Below are positions 26,028 through 48,998 of a stretch of DNA of 64,000 bases, in pieces. The notes beneath the pieces were generated by a model. That model was given only the letters and a program-made list of their open reading frames with translations, made no database searches and was not told the origin of the DNA. The DNA lies in the NCBI RefSeq assembly GCF_044704955.1, contig NC_091985.1:226672001-226736000 (forward strand), in the 5' to 3' direction. The translations under genes were made by a program, and so were the position numbers. Each line of letters starts with the position of its first letter. The stretch's first letter is position 1. The DNA comes from Pristiophorus japonicus (taxonomy: Eukaryota).

Positions 26028-29000
26028 GAGAAACATAGAAAATAGGTGCAGTAGTAGGCCATATGGTCCTTCGAGCCTGCACCACCATTCAATATGATCA
26101 AGGCTGATCATGCAACTTCAGTACCCCATTCCTGCTTTCTTTCCATACCCCTTGATCCCTTTAGCCGTAAGGGCCACACCTAACTCCCTTTTGAATATAT
26201 CTAACGAACTGGTCTCAACAACATTCTGCGGTAGAGAATTCCACAGGTTCACAATTCTCTGAGTGAAGAAGTTTCTCTCATCTCAGTCCTAAATGGCTTA
26301 CTGCTTATCCTTAGACTGTGACCCCTGGTTCTGGACTTCCCCAACATCGGGAACATTCTTCCTGCATCTAACCTGTCCAATCCCGTCAGAATTGTATATA
26401 TTTCTATGAGATCCCCTCTCATTCTTCTAAATTCCAGTGAATATAAGCCGAGTCGATCCAGTCTTTCTTCATATGTCAGTCCTGCCATCCCTGGAATCAG
26501 TCTAGTGAACCTTCGCTGCACTCCCTCAATAGCAAGAATGTCCTTCCTCAGGTTAGGAGACCAAAACTGTACACAAAATTCAAAGTGTGGCCTCACCAAG
26601 GCCCTCTAGAACTGCAGTAAGACCTCCCTGCTCCTATACTCAAATCCCCTCGAAATGAAGGCCAACATGCCATTTGCCGCCTTCACCGCCTGCTGTACCT
26701 GCATACCAACTTTCAATGACTGATGTACCATGACACCCAGGTCTCGTTGCACCTCGCCTTTTCCTAATCTGTCACCATTCAGCTAATATTCTGTCTTCCT
26801 GTTTTTGCCACCAAAGCGGATAACCTCACATATATTTACATTATACTGCATCTGCCATGCATTTGCCCACTCACTTAACCTGTCCAAGCCACCCTGCAGC
26901 CTCTTAGCATCCTCCTCACAGCTCACATTGCCACCCAGCTTAGTGTCATCTGCAAACTTGGAGATATTACATTCAATTCCTTTGTCCAAATCATTAATGT
27001 ATATTGTAAATAGCTGGCGTCCTAGCACTGCACCATGCGGTACCCCACTAGTCACTGCCTGCCATTCTGAAAAGGACCTGTTTATTCCTACTCTTTGCTT
27101 CCTGTTTCTATCCATGTCAATATATTAGCCCCAATATGATGTGCTTTAATTTAGCACACTAATCTCTTTGTGGGACCTTGTCAAAAGCCTTTTGAAAGTC
27201 CAAATACACCACATCACTGGGTCTCCCTTGTCCACTCTACTAGTTACATCCTCAAAAAATTCTAGAAAATTTGTCAAGCATGATTTCCCTTTCATAAATC
27301 CATGCTGACTTGGACCAATCCTGTTACTGCTTTCCAAATTCACTGCTATTACGTCTTCAATAATTGATTCCAACATTTTCCCCACCATCGATGTTAGGCT
27401 AACCGGTCTATAATTCCCTGTTTTCTCTCTCCCTCCTTTTTTTAAAATTGGGGTTGCCTTAGCTACCCTCCAATCCATAGGAACTGATCCAGAGTCTACA
27501 GAATGTTGTAAAATGACCACCAATGCATCCACTATTTCTAGGGCCACTTCCTTAAGTACTCTGGGATGCAGTCTATCAGGCCCTTGGGATTTATCGGCCT
27601 TCAATCCCATCAATTTCCCTAACACCATTTCCTGACTCATAAAGATTTCCTTCATAGAAACATAGAAAATAGGTGCAGGAGTAGGCCATTTGGCCATTCT
27701 AGCCTGCACCGCCATTCAATGAGTTCATGGCTGGACACGCAACTTCAGTACCCCATTCCTGCTTTCTCGCCATACCCCTTGATCCCCCTAGTAGTAAGGA
27801 CTTCATCTAACTCCTTTTTGAATATAATTAGTGAAATTGGCCTCAACAACTTTCTGTGGTAGAGAATTCCACACGTTCACCACTCTCTGGGTGAAGAAGT
27901 TTCTCCTCATCTCGGTCCTAAATGGCTTACCCCTTATCCTTAGACTGTGACCCCTGGTTCTGGACTTCCCCAACATTGGGAACATTCTTCCTGCATCTAA
28001 CCTGTCTAAACCCATCAGAATTTTAAACGTTTCTATGAGGTCCCCTCTCATTCTTCTGAACTCCAGTGAATACAAGCCCAGTTGATCCAGTCTTTCTTGA
28101 TAGGTCAGTCCCGCCATCCCGGGAATCAGTCTGGTGAACCTTCCCTGCGCTCCCTCAATAGCAAGAATGTCCTTCCTCACGTTAGGAGACCAAAGCTGTA
28201 CACAATACTCCAGGTGTGGCCTCACCAAGGCCCTATACAACTGTAGCAACACCTCCCTGCCCCTGTACTCAAATCCCCTCACTATGAAGGCCAACATGCC
28301 AGTTGCTTTCTTAACCACCTGCTGTACCTACATGCCAACCTTCAATGACTGATGTACCATGACACCCAGATCTCGTTGCACCTCCCCTTTTCCTAATCTG
28401 TCACTATTCAGATAATAGTCTGTCTCTCTGTTTTTACCACAAAAGTGGATAACCTCACATTTATCCACATTATACTTCATCTGCCATGTATTTGCCCACT
28501 CACCTAACCTATCCAAGTCGCTCTGCAGCCTCATAGCATCCTCCTCGCAGTTCACACTGCCACCCAACTTAGTGTCATCCGTAAATTTGGAGATACTACA
28601 TTTAATCCCCTCGTCTAAATCATTAATGTACAGTGTAAACAGCTGGGGCCCCAGCACAGAACCTTGCGGTACCCCACTAGTCACTGCCTGCCATTCTGAA
28701 AAGTCTCCATTTACTCCTACTCTTTGCTTCCTGTCTGACAACCAGTTCTCAATCCATGTCAGCACACTATGTGCTTTAACTTTGCACATTAATCTCTTGT
28801 GTGGGACCTTGTCCTCCTTCAGTTCCTCTTTCTCGCTAGACCCTCGGTCCCCTAGTATTTCTGGAAGATTATTTGTGTCTTCCTTAGTGAAGACAGAACT
28901 AAAATATTTGTTCAATTGGTCTGCCATTTCTTTGTTCCCCATTATAAATTCACCTGATTCTGACTGCAGGAGACTTACATTTGTCTTCGCTAATCTTTTT

Positions 29001-29422
29001 CTCTTCACATATCTATAGAAGCTTTTGCAGTCAATTTTTATGTTCCCTGCAAGCTTACTCTCATACTCTATTTTCCCCCTCCTAATTAAACCCTTTGTCC
29101 TCCACTATTGAATTCTAAATTTCTCCCAGTCCTCAGGTTTGCTGCTTTTTCTGGCCAATTTATATGCCTCTTCCTTGTATTTAAAACTATCCCTAATTTC
29201 CCTTGTTAGCCACGATTGAGCCACCTTCCCCATTCAATTTTTACGCCAGACAGGGATGTACAATTGTTGAAGTTCATCCATACGATCTTTAAATTTCTGC
29301 CATTGCCTATCCACCATCAACCCTTTAAGTATCATTTGCTAGTCTATCCTAGCCAATTCATGTCTCATACCATCGAAGTTACCTTTCTTTAAGTTCAAGG
29401 CCTTAGTCTCTGAGTTAACTGT
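26028..29422 (-). mobile_element. CR1 LINE with a second CR1 3' fragment (27653-28812) nested inside
   Basis: Two 3' tails (26030, 27655) and two RT C-termini; tccttca flanks the inner copy. Confidence 0.88.
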
Positions 29423-29789
29423 GACAATGACACTGTTTGTATCACCGTTTCCTCTCTCCAGATACTTTACTTTATTATAAACATATACATTCATTACAAC
29501 TTTATTTTATATTCTCCCCCTTTGTTGTCCATATCATAACTAATATTTTTCTGGTATTATTCTCAAAGCAAAATACTTCATCGAGCCAGTATAAATATGA
29601 TATTTCCTTCACCCGGAACACAAGGAAAAGTGCAGGCAGCTCCTTCTCACAGTGAGTGCATTATTACTCACAGAGCACAGAGACACAGAACTGGCCTCAA
29701 TCCTATTATCACAGGCAGCAAAAACTGTCAGTCCAACAGTGATCTGAAGTGGCTGAGTTACATTGTGAATCTTACAGCCACATTGAAAC

Positions 29790-32700
29790 AGATCAGATTC
29801 ATATACCAGATACTGAAATATACAGAATAAAACCCACACTTGCACACTAGAAACTGATAGATATAGATTAAAACCCACACTCATAGTCCAGAAACTGTCA
29901 GGAACAGATTAAACCACACACTTTTTACCAGAAACTGATGGTTACAGATTAAACCCACACTCATATACCAGAAACTGACAGCTATGGGATAAAGCCAACA
30001 CTTAAATACCAGAAACTGACAGGTACAGATTCATCCCCATTCTCACATATCAGAGACTGAAAGGTACATCTTAAAAGCCACTCTCTCATACCAGAAACTG
30101 ACAGATACAGAATATCATCCACATTCACATACCAGAAACTAATAGGTATAGTTTAAAGTCCACAATCGTAGTCCAGAAATTGATAGGTACAGATTAAACC
30201 CCACACTCACATACCAGAAACTGACAGATACAGATTAAACCCACATTTTTTTTTACCAGAAGCTGACAGATATAGAATAAAACCCACACTCATATACAGA
30301 AATGACAGGTACAGATTAAACCCACACTCATATACCAGAAACTGACAGGTACAGGTTAGACCCACACTCATATATCAGAAACTGACAGGTACAGATTAAA
30401 CGCAGACTCGTATACCAGAAACTGACAGGTACAGGTTAAACCCACACTCATATACCAGAAACTGGCAGGTGCAGAATATCATCCACACTCACAGACCAGA
30501 AACTGACAGGTACAGATTAAAGCCCACAATCATAGACCAGAAATTGATAGGTATCGATTAAACCGCACACTCACATACCAGAAACTGACAGGTACAGATT
30601 AATTGCCACACTCATATACCAGAAACTGACAGGTACCGAATAAAATACACATACATATTCCAAAAACTGACAGGTCCAAATTAAAACATACACTCGCATA
30701 TCAGAAACTGACAGGTACAGATTAAAAACACATACTCACATCCCAGAGATGGGCAGGTAATAAAATACACACTCATATACCAGAAACTGATAGGTATAGA
30801 TTAGACACACACTCACATACCAGAGATGGGCAGGTAATAAAATACACACTCATATACCAGAAACTGAAAGGTACAGAATAAAATACACACTCACATACCA
30901 GAAATTGGTAGGTACAGATTAAACCTCGCATACCAGAGATTGAAACGTATAGAATAAAATACACACTCACATATCATAAACTGACAGTTACAGAAAAAAA
31001 GCCCATACACACATACCAGAGACTGACAGGTACAGAATAAACCCATGCTCACATACCAGAAACTGACAGGTGCAGAATAGTAATCCACACTCACATATCA
31101 GATACTAACAGGTACAGATTACACCCTACACTCATATACCAGAAACTGACAGCTATGGGATAAAGCCAACACTTAAATACCAGAAACTGACAGGTACAGA
31201 TTCATCCCCATTCTCACATATCAGAGACTGAAAGGTACATCTTAAAAGCCACTCTCTCATACCAGAAACTGACAGATACAGAATATCATCCACATTCACA
31301 TACCAGAAACTAATAGGTATAGTTTAAAGTCCACAATCGTAGTCCAGAAATTGATAGGTACAGATTAAACCCCACACTCACATACCAGAAACTGACAGAT
31401 ACAGATTAAACCCACATTTTTTTTTACCAGAAGCTGACAGATATAGAATAAAACCCACACTCATATACAGAAATGACAGGTACAGATTAAACCCACACTC
31501 ATATACCAGAAACTGACAGGTACAGGTTAGACCCACACTCATATATCAGAAACTGACAGGTACAGATTAAACGCAGACTCGTATACCAGAAACTGACAGG
31601 TACAGGTTAAACCCACACTCATATACCAGAAACTGGCAGGTGCAGAATATCATCCACACTCACAGACCAGAAACTGACAGGTACAGATTAAAGCCCACAA
31701 TCATAGACCAGAAATTGATAGGTATCGATTAAACCGCACACTCACATACCAGAAACTGACAGGTACAGATTAATTGCCACACTCATATACCAGAAACTGA
31801 CAGGTACCGAATAAAATACACATACATATTCCAAAAACTGACAGGTCCAAATTAAAACATACACTCGCATATCAGAAACTGACAGGTACAGATTAAAAAC
31901 ACATACTCACATCCCAGAGATGGGCAGGTAATAAAATACACACTCATATACCAGAAACTGATAGGTATAGATTAGACACACACTCACATACCAGAGATGG
32001 GCAGGTAATAAAATACACACTCATATACCAGAAACTGAAAGGTACAGAATAAAATACACACTCACATACCAGAAATTGGTAGGTACAGATTAAACCTCGC
32101 ATACCAGAGATTGAAACGTATAGAATAAAATACACACTCACATATCATAAACTGACAGTTACAGAAAAAAAGCCCATACACACATACCAGAGACTGACAG
32201 GTACAGAATAAACCCATGCTCACATACCAGAAACTGACAGGTGCAGAATAGTAATCCACACTCACATATCAGATACTAACAGGTACAGATTACACCCTAC
32301 ACTCATATACCAGAAACTGACAGCTATGGGATAAAGCCAACACTTAAATACCAGAAACTGACAGGTACAGATTCATCCCCATTCTCACATATCAGAGACT
32401 GAAAGGTACATCTTAAAAGCCACTCTCTCATACCAGAAACTGACAGATACAGAATATCATCCACATTCACATACCAGAAACTAATAGGTATAGTTTAAAG
32501 TCCACAATCGTAGTCCAGAAATTGATAGGTACAGATTAAACCCCACACTCACATACCAGAAACTGACAGATACAGATTAAACCCACATTTTTTTTTACCA
32601 GAAGCTGACAGATATAGAATAAAACCCACACTCATATACAGAAATGACAGGTACAGATTAAACCCACACTCATATACCAGAAACTGACAGGTACAGGTTA

Positions 32701-35700
32701 GACCCACACTCATATATCAGAAACTGACAGGTACAGATTAAACGCAGACTCGTATACCAGAAACTGACAGGTACAGGTTAAACCCACACTCATATACCAG
32801 AAACTGGCAGGTGCAGAATATCATCCACACTCACAGACCAGAAACTGACAGGTACAGATTAAAGCCCACAATCATAGACCAGAAATTGATAGGTATCGAT
32901 TAAACCGCACACTCACATACCAGAAACTGACAGGTACAGATTAATTGCCACACTCATATACCAGAAACTGACAGGTACCGAATAAAATACACATACATAT
33001 TCCAAAAACTGACAGGTCCAAATTAAAACATACACTCGCATATCAGAAACTGACAGGTACAGATTAAAAACACATACTCACATCCCAGAGATGGGCAGGT
33101 AATAAAATACACACTCATATACCAGAAACTGATAGGTATAGATTAGACACACACTCACATACCAGAGATGGGCAGGTAATAAAATACACACTCATATACC
33201 AGAAACTGAAAGGTACAGAATAAAATACACACTCACATACCAGAAATTGGTAGGTACAGATTAAACCTCGCATACCAGAGATTGAAACGTATAGAATAAA
33301 ATACACACTCACATATCATAAACTGACAGTTACAGAAAAAAAGCCCATACACACATACCAGAGACTGACAGGTACAGAATAAACCCATGCTCACATACCA
33401 GAAACTGACAGGTGCAGAATAGTAATCCACACTCACATATCAGATACTAACAGGTACAGATTACACCCTACACTCATATACCAGAAACTGACAGCTATGG
33501 GATAAAGCCAACACTTAAATACCAGAAACTGACAGGTACAGATTCATCCCCATTCTCACATATCAGAGACTGAAAGGTACATCTTAAAAGCCACTCTCTC
33601 ATACCAGAAACTGACAGATACAGAATATCATCCACATTCACATACCAGAAACTAATAGGTATAGTTTAAAGTCCACAATCGTAGTCCAGAAATTGATAGG
33701 TACAGATTAAACCCCACACTCACATACCAGAAACTGACAGATACAGATTAAACCCACATTTTTTTTTACCAGAAGCTGACAGATATAGAATAAAACCCAC
33801 ACTCATATACAGAAATGACAGGTACAGATTAAACCCACACTCATATACCAGAAACTGACAGGTACAGGTTAGACCCACACTCATATATCAGAAACTGACA
33901 GGTACAGATTAAACGCAGACTCGTATACCAGAAACTGACAGGTACAGGTTAAACCCACACTCATATACCAGAAACTGGCAGGTGCAGAATATCATCCACA
34001 CTCACAGACCAGAAACTGACAGGTACAGATTAAAGCCCACAATCATAGACCAGAAATTGATAGGTATCGATTAAACCGCACACTCACATACCAGAAACTG
34101 ACAGGTACAGATTAATTGCCACACTCATATACCAGAAACTGACAGGTACCGAATAAAATACACATACATATTCCAAAAACTGACAGGTCCAAATTAAAAC
34201 ATACACTCGCATATCAGAAACTGACAGGTACAGATTAAAAACACATACTCACATCCCAGAGATGGGCAGGTAATAAAATACACACTCATATACCAGAAAC
34301 TGATAGGTATAGATTAGACACACACTCACATACCAGAGATGGGCAGGTAATAAAATACACACTCATATACCAGAAACTGAAAGGTACAGAATAAAATACA
34401 CACTCACATACCAGAAATTGGTAGGTACAGATTAAACCTCGCATACCAGAGATTGAAACGTATAGAATAAAATACACACTCACATATCATAAACTGACAG
34501 TTACAGAAAAAAAGCCCATACACACATACCAGAGACTGACAGGTACAGAATAAACCCATGCTCACATACCAGAAACTGACAGGTGCAGAATAGTAATCCA
34601 CACTCACATATCAGATACTAACAGGTACAGATTACACCCTACACTCATATACCAGAAACTGACAGCTATGGGATAAAGCCAACACTTAAATACCAGAAAC
34701 TGACAGGTACAGATTCATCCCCATTCTCACATATCAGAGACTGAAAGGTACATCTTAAAAGCCACTCTCTCATACCAGAAACTGACAGATACAGAATATC
34801 ATCCACATTCACATACCAGAAACTAATAGGTATAGTTTAAAGTCCACAATCGTAGTCCAGAAATTGATAGGTACAGATTAAACCCCACACTCACATACCA
34901 GAAACTGACAGATACAGATTAAACCCACATTTTTTTTTACCAGAAGCTGACAGATATAGAATAAAACCCACACTCATATACAGAAATGACAGGTACAGAT
35001 TAAACCCACACTCATATACCAGAAACTGACAGGTACAGGTTAGACCCACACTCATATATCAGAAACTGACAGGTACAGATTAAACGCAGACTCGTATACC
35101 AGAAACTGACAGGTACAGGTTAAACCCACACTCATATACCAGAAACTGGCAGGTGCAGAATATCATCCACACTCACAGACCAGAAACTGACAGGTACAGA
35201 TTAAAGCCCACAATCATAGACCAGAAATTGATAGGTATCGATTAAACCGCACACTCACATACCAGAAACTGACAGGTACAGATTAATTGCCACACTCATA
35301 TACCAGAAACTGACAGGTACCGAATAAAATACACATACATATTCCAAAAACTGACAGGTCCAAATTAAAACATACACTCGCATATCAGAAACTGACAGGT
35401 ACAGATTAAAAACACATACTCACATCCCAGAGATGGGCAGGTAATAAAATACACACTCATATACCAGAAACTGATAGGTATAGATTAGACACACACTCAC
35501 ATACCAGAGATGGGCAGGTAATAAAATACACACTCATATACCAGAAACTGAAAGGTACAGAATAAAATACACACTCACATACCAGAAATTGGTAGGTACA
35601 GATTAAACCTCGCATACCAGAGATTGAAACGTATAGAATAAAATACACACTCACATATCATAAACTGACAGTTACAGAAAAAAAGCCCATACACACATAC

Positions 35701-36245
35701 CAGAGACTGACAGGTACAGAATAAACCCATGCTCACATACCAGAAACTGACAGGTGCAGAATAGTAATCCACACTCACATATCAGATACTAACAGGTACA
35801 GATTACACCCTACACTCATATACCAGAAACTGACAGGTACAGATTAAACCCACACACATATGCCAGAAACTGACAGTTACAGATTAGAAACCCACACTCA
35901 CATACCAGAAACTGACAGTTCCAGATTAACCCCACAGTCATATACCAGAAATTGACAGATACAGAATAAAATACACAGTCACATGATGGAAACTGACAGG
36001 TACAGAATAAAGCCCACAGTCATATACCAGAAATTGACAGGTACAGATTAAAGACCACACTCACATACCAAAACTGACATATAGATTAAACCTCACATTC
36101 ACATACCAAAAACTGACAGTTAGATATTAAACTCACATTCATATACCAGAACCAAGAGGAACAGAATAGAATCCACACTCACAAAGCAGCTGAAAGGTGC
36201 AGATTAACCCCACACTCACATACCAGAGACTAACAGGTACAGAAT
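29790..36245. repeat. ~40-bp satellite containing 5 apparently identical 1171-bp higher-order repeats (~29960-35835)
   Basis: Monomer cacactcatataccagaaactgacaggtacagattaaacc; identical ORFs recur every 1171 bp (30773, 31944, 33115, 34286, 35457); 29 monomers counted per unit. Confidence 0.95.
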
Positions 36246-37605
36246 ATTTATTCATGGTCAGTCCCTCGGAATCAAGGAAGACTTGCTCCACTCTAAAAAT
36301 GAGTCCTTAGGTGACTGAACAGTCCAATACAAGAACCACAGTCCCTGTCACAGGTGGGACAGATAGTCGTTGAGGGAAAGGGAGGGTGGAACTGGTTTGT
36401 CGCACGCTCTTTCCGCTGCCTGTGCTTGATTTCTGCATGCTCTCAGCGATGAGACTCGAAGTGCTCAGCGCCCTCCTGGATGCACTTCCTCCACTTAGGG
36501 CGATCTTTGGCCAGGGACTCCCAGGTGTCAGTGGGGATGTTGCACTTTATCAGGGAGGCTTTGAGGGTGTCCTTGTAACGTTTCCTTTGCCCACCTTTGG
36601 CTCATTTGCCATGAAGGAGTTCTGAGTAGAGCGCTTGCTTTGGGAGTCTTGTGTCTGGCATGCGAACAATGTGGCCTGCCCAGCGGAGCTGATAAAGTGT
36701 GGTCAGTGCTTCAATGCTGGGGATGTTGGCCCGGTCAAGGATGTTAATGTTGGTGCGTCTGTCCTCCCAGGGGACCTGCAAGATCTTGTGGAGACATCAT
36801 TGGTGGTATTTCTCCAGCGACTTGAGGTGTCTACTGTACATGGTCCATGTCTCTGAGCCATACAGGAGGGCGGGTATTACTACAGCCCTGTAGACCATGA
36901 GCTTGGTGGTAGGTTTGAGGGCCTGGTCTTCGAACACTCTTTTCTTAAGACGGCCGAGGGCTGCACGGGCGCACTGGAGGCAGTGTTGAATCTCCTCATC
37001 AATGTCTGCTCTTGTTGATAAGAGGCTCCCGAGGTATGGGCAATGGTCCATGTTGTCCAGGGCCGCGCCGTGGATCTTGATGACTGGGGGACAGTGCTGT
37101 GTGGTGGGGACAGGTTGGTGGAGAACCTTTATCTTACGGATGTTTAGTGTAAGGCCCATGCTTTTGTACTCCTCAGTGAATACGTCGACTATATCCTGGA
37201 GTGCAGCCTCTGTATGTGCTCAGACGCAGACATCGTCTGTGTACTGTAGCTTGACGACAGAGGTTGGGGTGATCTTGGACCTGGCTTGGAATCAACGAAG
37301 GTTGAACAGGTTCCCACTGGTTCTGTAATTTAATTCCACTTTAGCGGTGAGCTTGTTGACTGTAAGGTGGAGCATGGCAGTGAGAAAGATTGAGAAGAGA
37401 GTTGGGGCAAAGACGCAGCCCTGTTTGACCCCAGTTCGGACGTGGATTGACTCTGCGATGGATCCGTTTGTAAGGATCACGGCCTGCATGTTGTCGTGGA
37501 GCAGGCGGACGATGGTGACTAACTTTTGGGGGCATCCGAAATGGAGGAGGACGCTCCATAGACCCTCGTGGTTGATAGTGTCAAAGGCTTTTGTGAGGTC
37601 GAAGA
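36246..37605 (-). mobile_element. RTE-clade LINE 3' fragment inserted in the satellite
   Basis: FFDLTKAFDTI, TGVKQGCVFAPTLF, PYLGSLLS, VYRAVVIPALLYGSETWT. Confidence 0.9.
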
Positions 37606-37609
37606 AGGA

Positions 37610-37780
37610 CTTGTACAAGGTACAGAATAAACACCACACTCACATACTAGAGAGTGACAGGTACCGATTAAAACCTACAATCACATAACCGAAACTGAGA
37701 GGTACAGAATAACCCCCACAATCATAAAGCAGAGATAGATAGGTACAGAATAGAATATACACTCACATACCAGAATCTGA
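37610..37780. repeat. Continuation of the ~40-bp satellite
   Basis: ggtacagaataaacaccacactcacatac... monomers. Confidence 0.8.
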
Positions 37781-39680
<1,900 letters not shown>

Positions 39681-40528
39681 CACAAGCGCATCATCCTTTA
39701 GACTCAATTTACTGTAATTATTTCCTGAACAAGTGTGTTTGAGAACCTTTGCAGTTCCAGCTGTGGATTTAGTTTTGAATTCTCATAAGCAGCTTCACTG
39801 TCTGGTTCGACGTTAGAACCGCTGTTGAATTTCCCACCATTCAAGCTACAAACACGGTTCCTCGTCGCTCTTTCCCATTTACAGCGCCTGCCGAGGAATT
39901 AAGAGCTTGTTCAGGGGATGAGACTCAGATTTCAGTCACCTCATTCTCTCGCAAGCCCTTTTCAAGTTTATTCTTCAATTCCTGTTACGGGTCAATCCGT
40001 TTATTAACCCGAGACTTCCCGCAGTGTAACAACCCAGAATGGGAGTTCTTACAGAGACCAGAACGGGGGCAGTTTGAACACTCTGTCCCTCTTCTCTTTT
40101 CAGAGAAGGACTCCCAGTTCTGGTCTCACTCCCGCCTGTGCGGAGGATCGATCCATGGTCTGTGATTCCCAACTTTTACACAGTTTGAGCTGGAATGTGA
40201 CCCGTTACAGAGTCAGTGGGGATTGATTGCCGTCCGTTACAGACAGTTTGAAAGTGAACGCGAATTTAATCCTGATTGTAACAGCCTGGAATTTGTAAGG
40301 GAAATATGGAATAAAATAAAAGGATGTAAAACCTGTTTGTAAACCTTTGGCTAATGGTGAATTTATTAACATAATCCACACTTAAAAAAATTATTGGCAG
40401 GGTTTTTGAAATTAAAAATCGTTTGAGGTGTGACTGTTGAGGACAGGAATTTCTGCCCTCATTTCATTGGTGGTCTCAACAGACAATCGGTAAGGCGAGA
40501 GATTAACATTCAGCGGCGATTTTAGTAA

Positions 40529-40896
<368 letters not shown>

Positions 40897-42105
40897 CACC
40901 CACCTCCTCACAGAGAGAGCAGTGACCTGGGGAACGGGGCCGAGATAGTTGATTTACATTTTGTACTGTATAGATATGTTTTTTTGCCAAGATCTATATT
41001 GTGGTGTTAGGTGTTTTAAATCAACATATACACGATGGACGGAATGTCCTTTTAGTCTTCGAATCAGAGACATTTACGGCACATTCCAGGTAAAGGTAAT
41101 ACTGAAACAACTAATATAGTTAGAACATAAGAACATAAAAACATAAGAACATAATAAATAAGAGCAGGTGTAGGCCATACGGCTCCTCGAGCCTGCTCCG
41201 CCATTTAAAACGATCATGGACACAGGTCTGCTTCCCTGCCCGCTCTCCATAATCCCTTATTCCATTATTGTTTAATAAACTGTCTATTTCTGTCTTAAAT
41301 TTATTCAATGTTTCAGCTTCCACAGCTCTCTGAGGCAGCGAATTCCACAGATCCACAACCCCCCTGAGAGAAGAAATGTCTGCTCATCTCAGTTTTTAAT
41401 GGGCGGCCTCTTATTCTAAGATTATGCCCTCTAGTTCTAGTCTATATTAGCAGTGGAAACATCCTCTCTGCATCCACCTTGTCAAGTCCCCTCATAATCT
41501 TATACATTTCGATAAGATCACCTCTCATTCTTCTGAATTTCAATGAGTAGAGGCCCAACTTACTCTACCTTTCCTCATAAGTCAACCTCATCATCTCCGG
41601 AATCAACCTAGTGAACCTTCTCTGAACTGTCTCCAAAGGATGTATATCCTTTCGTAAATAGGGAAACCAAAACTGAATGCAGTATTCCAGGTGTGGCCTT
41701 ACCAATACCCTGTACAACTGTAGCAAGACTTCCCTGCTTTTATACTCCATCCCTGTTGCAATAAAGTCCAAGATTCCATTGGCTTTCCTGATCACTTGCT
41801 GTACCTGCATACTAACCTTTTGTGTTTCATGCACAAGTACCCCCAGGTCCCGCTGTACTGCAGCACTTTGCAATCTTTCTCCATTGAAATAATAACTTGC
41901 TCTTTGATTTTTTTTCTGCTCACACTTTCCAATATTATACTCCATCTGCCAAATTCTTGCCCAATCACTTAGCCTGTCTATGTCCTTTTACAGATTTTTT
42001 TGTGTCCTCCTCACACATTGGTTTTCCTCTCATCTTTATATCGTCAGCAAACTTGGCTGCGTTATACTCGGTCCCTTCTTCCAAGTCGTTAATATAGATT
42101 GTAAA

Positions 42106-47747
<5,642 letters not shown>

Positions 47748-48464
47748 GTAAATAGTTGGGGTCCTAGCACTGATCCCACTGGTTACTGATTACCAACCCG
47801 AGAATGAACCATTTATCCCAACTCTCTGGTTTCTGTTCGTTAGCCAATCCTCTATCCATGCTAATATATTATCCCCAACCCCGTGAACTTTTGTCTTGTG
47901 CAATAACCTTTTACGTGGCACCTTGTCAAATGCCTTCTGGAAGTCCAAATACGCCACATCCACTGGTTCCCCTTTATCCACCCTGTTCATTACATCCTCA
48001 AAGAATTCCAGCAAATTTGTCAAACATGACTTCCCCTTCATAAATCCATGCTGTTACATCCATGTTACAGCAGTGACAGATAAGAAAGGTGTTGAATTAA
48101 ACGATGGGTGGAAGCTAGTATCAGGGCGGAAGGACAGTGAGGGGCTCTCGCCCTCACAGAAGGACTCCCAAGTCCTGATCAGAAGTGACCCTCAGGCAAT
48201 CTCGGTTACAAACCGGTCAATGACGCGAACATGTAGAAATCTAGATCGACAAACACAGCAGCAAGTTTGCTGTTCAGATTATTGAATATATACAGGAAAA
48301 AACGTGAATGAACCTTCCTCATAAGTCCGGCCGTCATTAACCATTTTTGCCTGAGAGCAGAATAGAAACATAAAGAACAGAGTATAAATCGGGAGGGGAT
48401 GTAATTGATGACCTCATTCAAGAATTTGAGATTCTGGGAGCAGTAAATCTGATTGCATGTTTAA

Positions 48465-48575
48465 AGAGACCAATCAGAGAGATACAGAACAATGGAAATT
48501 AACAACGCGGCCAATGAACCTATCCCTTATTAGCATAGGGCTGTGGGCGGAGTGCGGGGCTGCCTATATAATGCT
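48465..48575 (+). promoter_or_regulatory. H2B promoter
   Basis: CCAAT at 48470 and 48511, octamer-like attagcat at ~48529, GC box, ctatataa at ~48564. Paralogue at 51720-51850. Confidence 0.75.
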
Positions 48576-48623
48576 AGCCTGGAGCAGAATTTCCTTCATA
48601 TCTGTGCCTGACTGAACAAGACA

Positions 48624-48998
48624 ATGCCTGAGGAAAAGAAACCAGCTTCGAAAAAGGGTGCCAAGAAAGTAATCAAGAAAACACCACCGAAGGGCGGCAA
48701 GAAGCGTAGAAAGTCGAGGAAGGAGAGTTACTCTATTTACATCTACAAAGTGATGAAGCAGGTTCACCCCGACACCGGCATCTCCTCCAAGGCTATGGGC
48801 ATCATGAACTCGTTTGTGAACGATATTTTCGAGCGCATCGCGGGTGAGGCTTCCCGCCTGGCCCACTACAACAAGCGCCAAACCATCAGCTCCCGGGAGA
48901 TCCAGACCGCCGTGCGCCTGCTGCTGCCCGGGGAGCTGGCCAAACACGCCGTGTCGGAAGGGACAAAGGCGGTGACCAAATACACCAGCTCCAAGTAA
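48624..48998 (+). CDS. H2B: Histone H2B, intact, replication-dependent
   Basis: 124-aa ORF with [27 protein letters not shown]...KYTSSK; stem-loop 49039-49054 followed by gaaagagctg. Confidence 0.95.
   Translation: MPEEKKPASKKGAKKVIKKTPPKGGKKRRKSRKESYSIYIYKVMKQVHPDTGISSKAMGIMNSFVNDIFERIAGEASRLAHYNKRQTISSREIQTAVRLLLPGELAKHAVSEGTKAVTKYTSSK

Noticed and set aside
30773-35778. Repeated 65- and 67-aa ORFs
   Set aside because: Low-complexity translations of the satellite antisense strand.
29790-36245. CRISPR-like appearance (conserved ccagaaactgacaggtacaga with variable intervals)
   Set aside because: The intervals are short and homologous to each other, there are no cas genes, and the context is eukaryotic. 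It is a satellite.
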